From an uncultured Rhabdothermincola sp. (GTDB lineage Bacteria; Actinomycetota; Acidimicrobiia; Acidimicrobiales; Acidimicrobilacustridaceae), in assembly GCA_964530525.1 (NCBI GenBank), contig CAZHBH010000003.1, forward strand, positions 1,002 to 65,001: 64,000 nt of DNA. The letters run 5' to 3'. The notes below the pieces were generated by a model that saw only the letters and a list, made by a program, of their open reading frames with translations, was not told where the DNA came from and ran no database searches. A program made the translations under genes and the position numbers. Position 1 is the first letter of the stretch, and each line of letters begins with the position of its first letter. Of this stretch, positions 63,096-64,000 are shown piece after piece.

Positions 63096-64000
63096 TCAGC
63101 TGCGAGCGGATGCCCGGCTCGCCTCCAGCTGCCGGCGAAGGCGGGTTAGCTCGGCGGGCTTTCCTCGGGTCCCGGGACCTCCCGTCTTCGACTGGAGGTG
63201 GTCGAGGAACATGGAGGGCTCCCGTGCCACGGTCCTTCCGGAGAAGGTCCGCTGCTCGGCCCAGGTGCAGTGCAACTCGTCGCGCGCCCGGGTGAGGGCG
63301 ACGTAGAGGAGGCGGCGCTCCTCTGCCAGAGCGGCCGGCGTGCGGGCGTGCCCGATGGGCACCAGGCCCTGCTCGAGGCCTGCCACGTGGACCACTGGCC
63401 ACTCCAGACCCTTGGCAGCGTGGAAGGTCACCACCTCGACGGCATCACCGGGTCCGCCTGGACCTCCACGGCCCTCGATCGAGGTGACGGAGAAGCCCCT
63501 CCCGGCGTCGGCGCTCCCTCCCGGGTCGAGCGGGCCGGAGCGATGCTCGACGCGAAGGCGGTGGGGGATGGACGCCTTCGCGAGCGCCTCGGCGATGAGG
63601 TTGGCCTGAGCGTGGGTGCGCACGAGGACGGCTTGTGCCGACCACCGTCCCAGATCGCCGTGGCGGTCGCGTGCGGCCCGTGCGACCGCCGCCGCCTCGG
63701 CGAGGTCGTCGGGCGCTTGTCGGAGGGTGGGCTCCGGGCCCCCCGAGCGGTTGGAGCGCAGGCCTTGGCGGCCGCCGATCACGCGGTTGGCCGCAGAGAG
63801 GATCTCAGGCGTCGACCGGTAGTTGTCGGAGAGGCGCACCACCTCGGCTCCGGAGCCGTCGGAGGCCAGAGCATCCAGGTACGAGGCGTCTGCGCCGTTC
63901 CAGCTGTAGATCGCCTGTCGCGGATCGCCCACCACGCACAGGTCGGCCCTGTCGCCGAGCCACGCCTGCAGCAGCCTGTACTGGGCTGCGTTCACGTCTT
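63096..64000 (-). CDS. UvrD/PcrA/Rep-type superfamily 1 DNA helicase, C-terminal part (5' end outside the window)
   Basis: VVGDPRQAIYSWNGA (motif III), NYRSTPEIL (motif IV), VVTFHAAKGLEWPVVHVAG (motif V) and LLYVALTRARDEL (motif VI). The frame stays open to the window edge. Confidence 0.8.
   Translation of the reverse strand, partial: DVNAAQYRLLQAWLGDRADLCVVGDPRQAIYSWNGADASYLDALASDGSGAEVVRLSDNYRSTPEILSAANRVIGGRQGLRSNRSGGPEPTLRQAPDDLAEAAAVARAARDRHGDLGRWSAQAVLVRTHAQANLIAEALAKASIPHRLRVEHRSGPLDPGGSADAGRGFSVTSIEGRGGPGGPGDAVEVVTFHAAKGLEWPVVHVAGLEQGLVPIGHARTPAALAEERRLLYVALTRARDELHCTWAEQRTFSGRTVAREPSMFLDHLQSKTGGPGTRGKPAELTRLRRQLEASRASARS

Overview
This is a high-GC chromosomal segment of Actinomycetota type. 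Hand counts of single 60-nt lines give about 65-72% GC in core genes. It splits into three parts.

(1) 1-16.6 kb is ordinary core content: a greA fragment, leuB-ilvE-cimA, an MFS transporter, an L,D-transpeptidase, gltX, tRNA-Gln, gpx, a carotenoid oxygenase, a secreted Vgb-like propeller protein and a Zn-dehydrogenase.

(2) 16.6-34.1 kb is a composite integrated island in the 3' end of tRNA-Arg(CCU). It is delimited by three direct copies of the tRNA 3' segment.
- Element A (~2.5 kb) has no integrase. It carries only an AbiEi-like wHTH gene and a nucleotidyltransferase gene.
- Element B (~14.8 kb) carries a tyrosine integrase and an excisionase-like HTH.
- It also carries a candidate two-nuclease module (an unknown 480-aa protein with a PD-(D/E)xK-like C-terminus plus an OLD-family ATPase-Toprim protein), which sits in a low-GC patch.
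- Further cargo is an orphan AbiEi, a DUF2384/RES toxin-antitoxin pair, an IS256-family IS, a 1162-aa SIR2-domain giant protein, two unknown genes and a small HTH.

(3) 34.1-64 kb is core again:
- an ArsR-SRPBCC-DinB operon;
- acyl-CoA and aldehyde metabolism genes;
- gnd, an aldose-epimerase-like gene, pgi and ppgK;
- VanW, UbiB, and cysQ next to cysDNC;
- a Lys/Ala-rich histone-like protein, kgd, xthA, a thioesterase and a UvrD-type helicase fragment.

I saw no rRNA and no CRISPR array. Most long ORFs in the track that lie antisense to, or out of frame with, these genes are high-GC artefacts. The most interesting candidates for an undescribed system are the PD-(D/E)xK + OLD gene pair and the tandem att architecture that carries it. 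All functional calls rest on motif recognition by eye; no database search was run.
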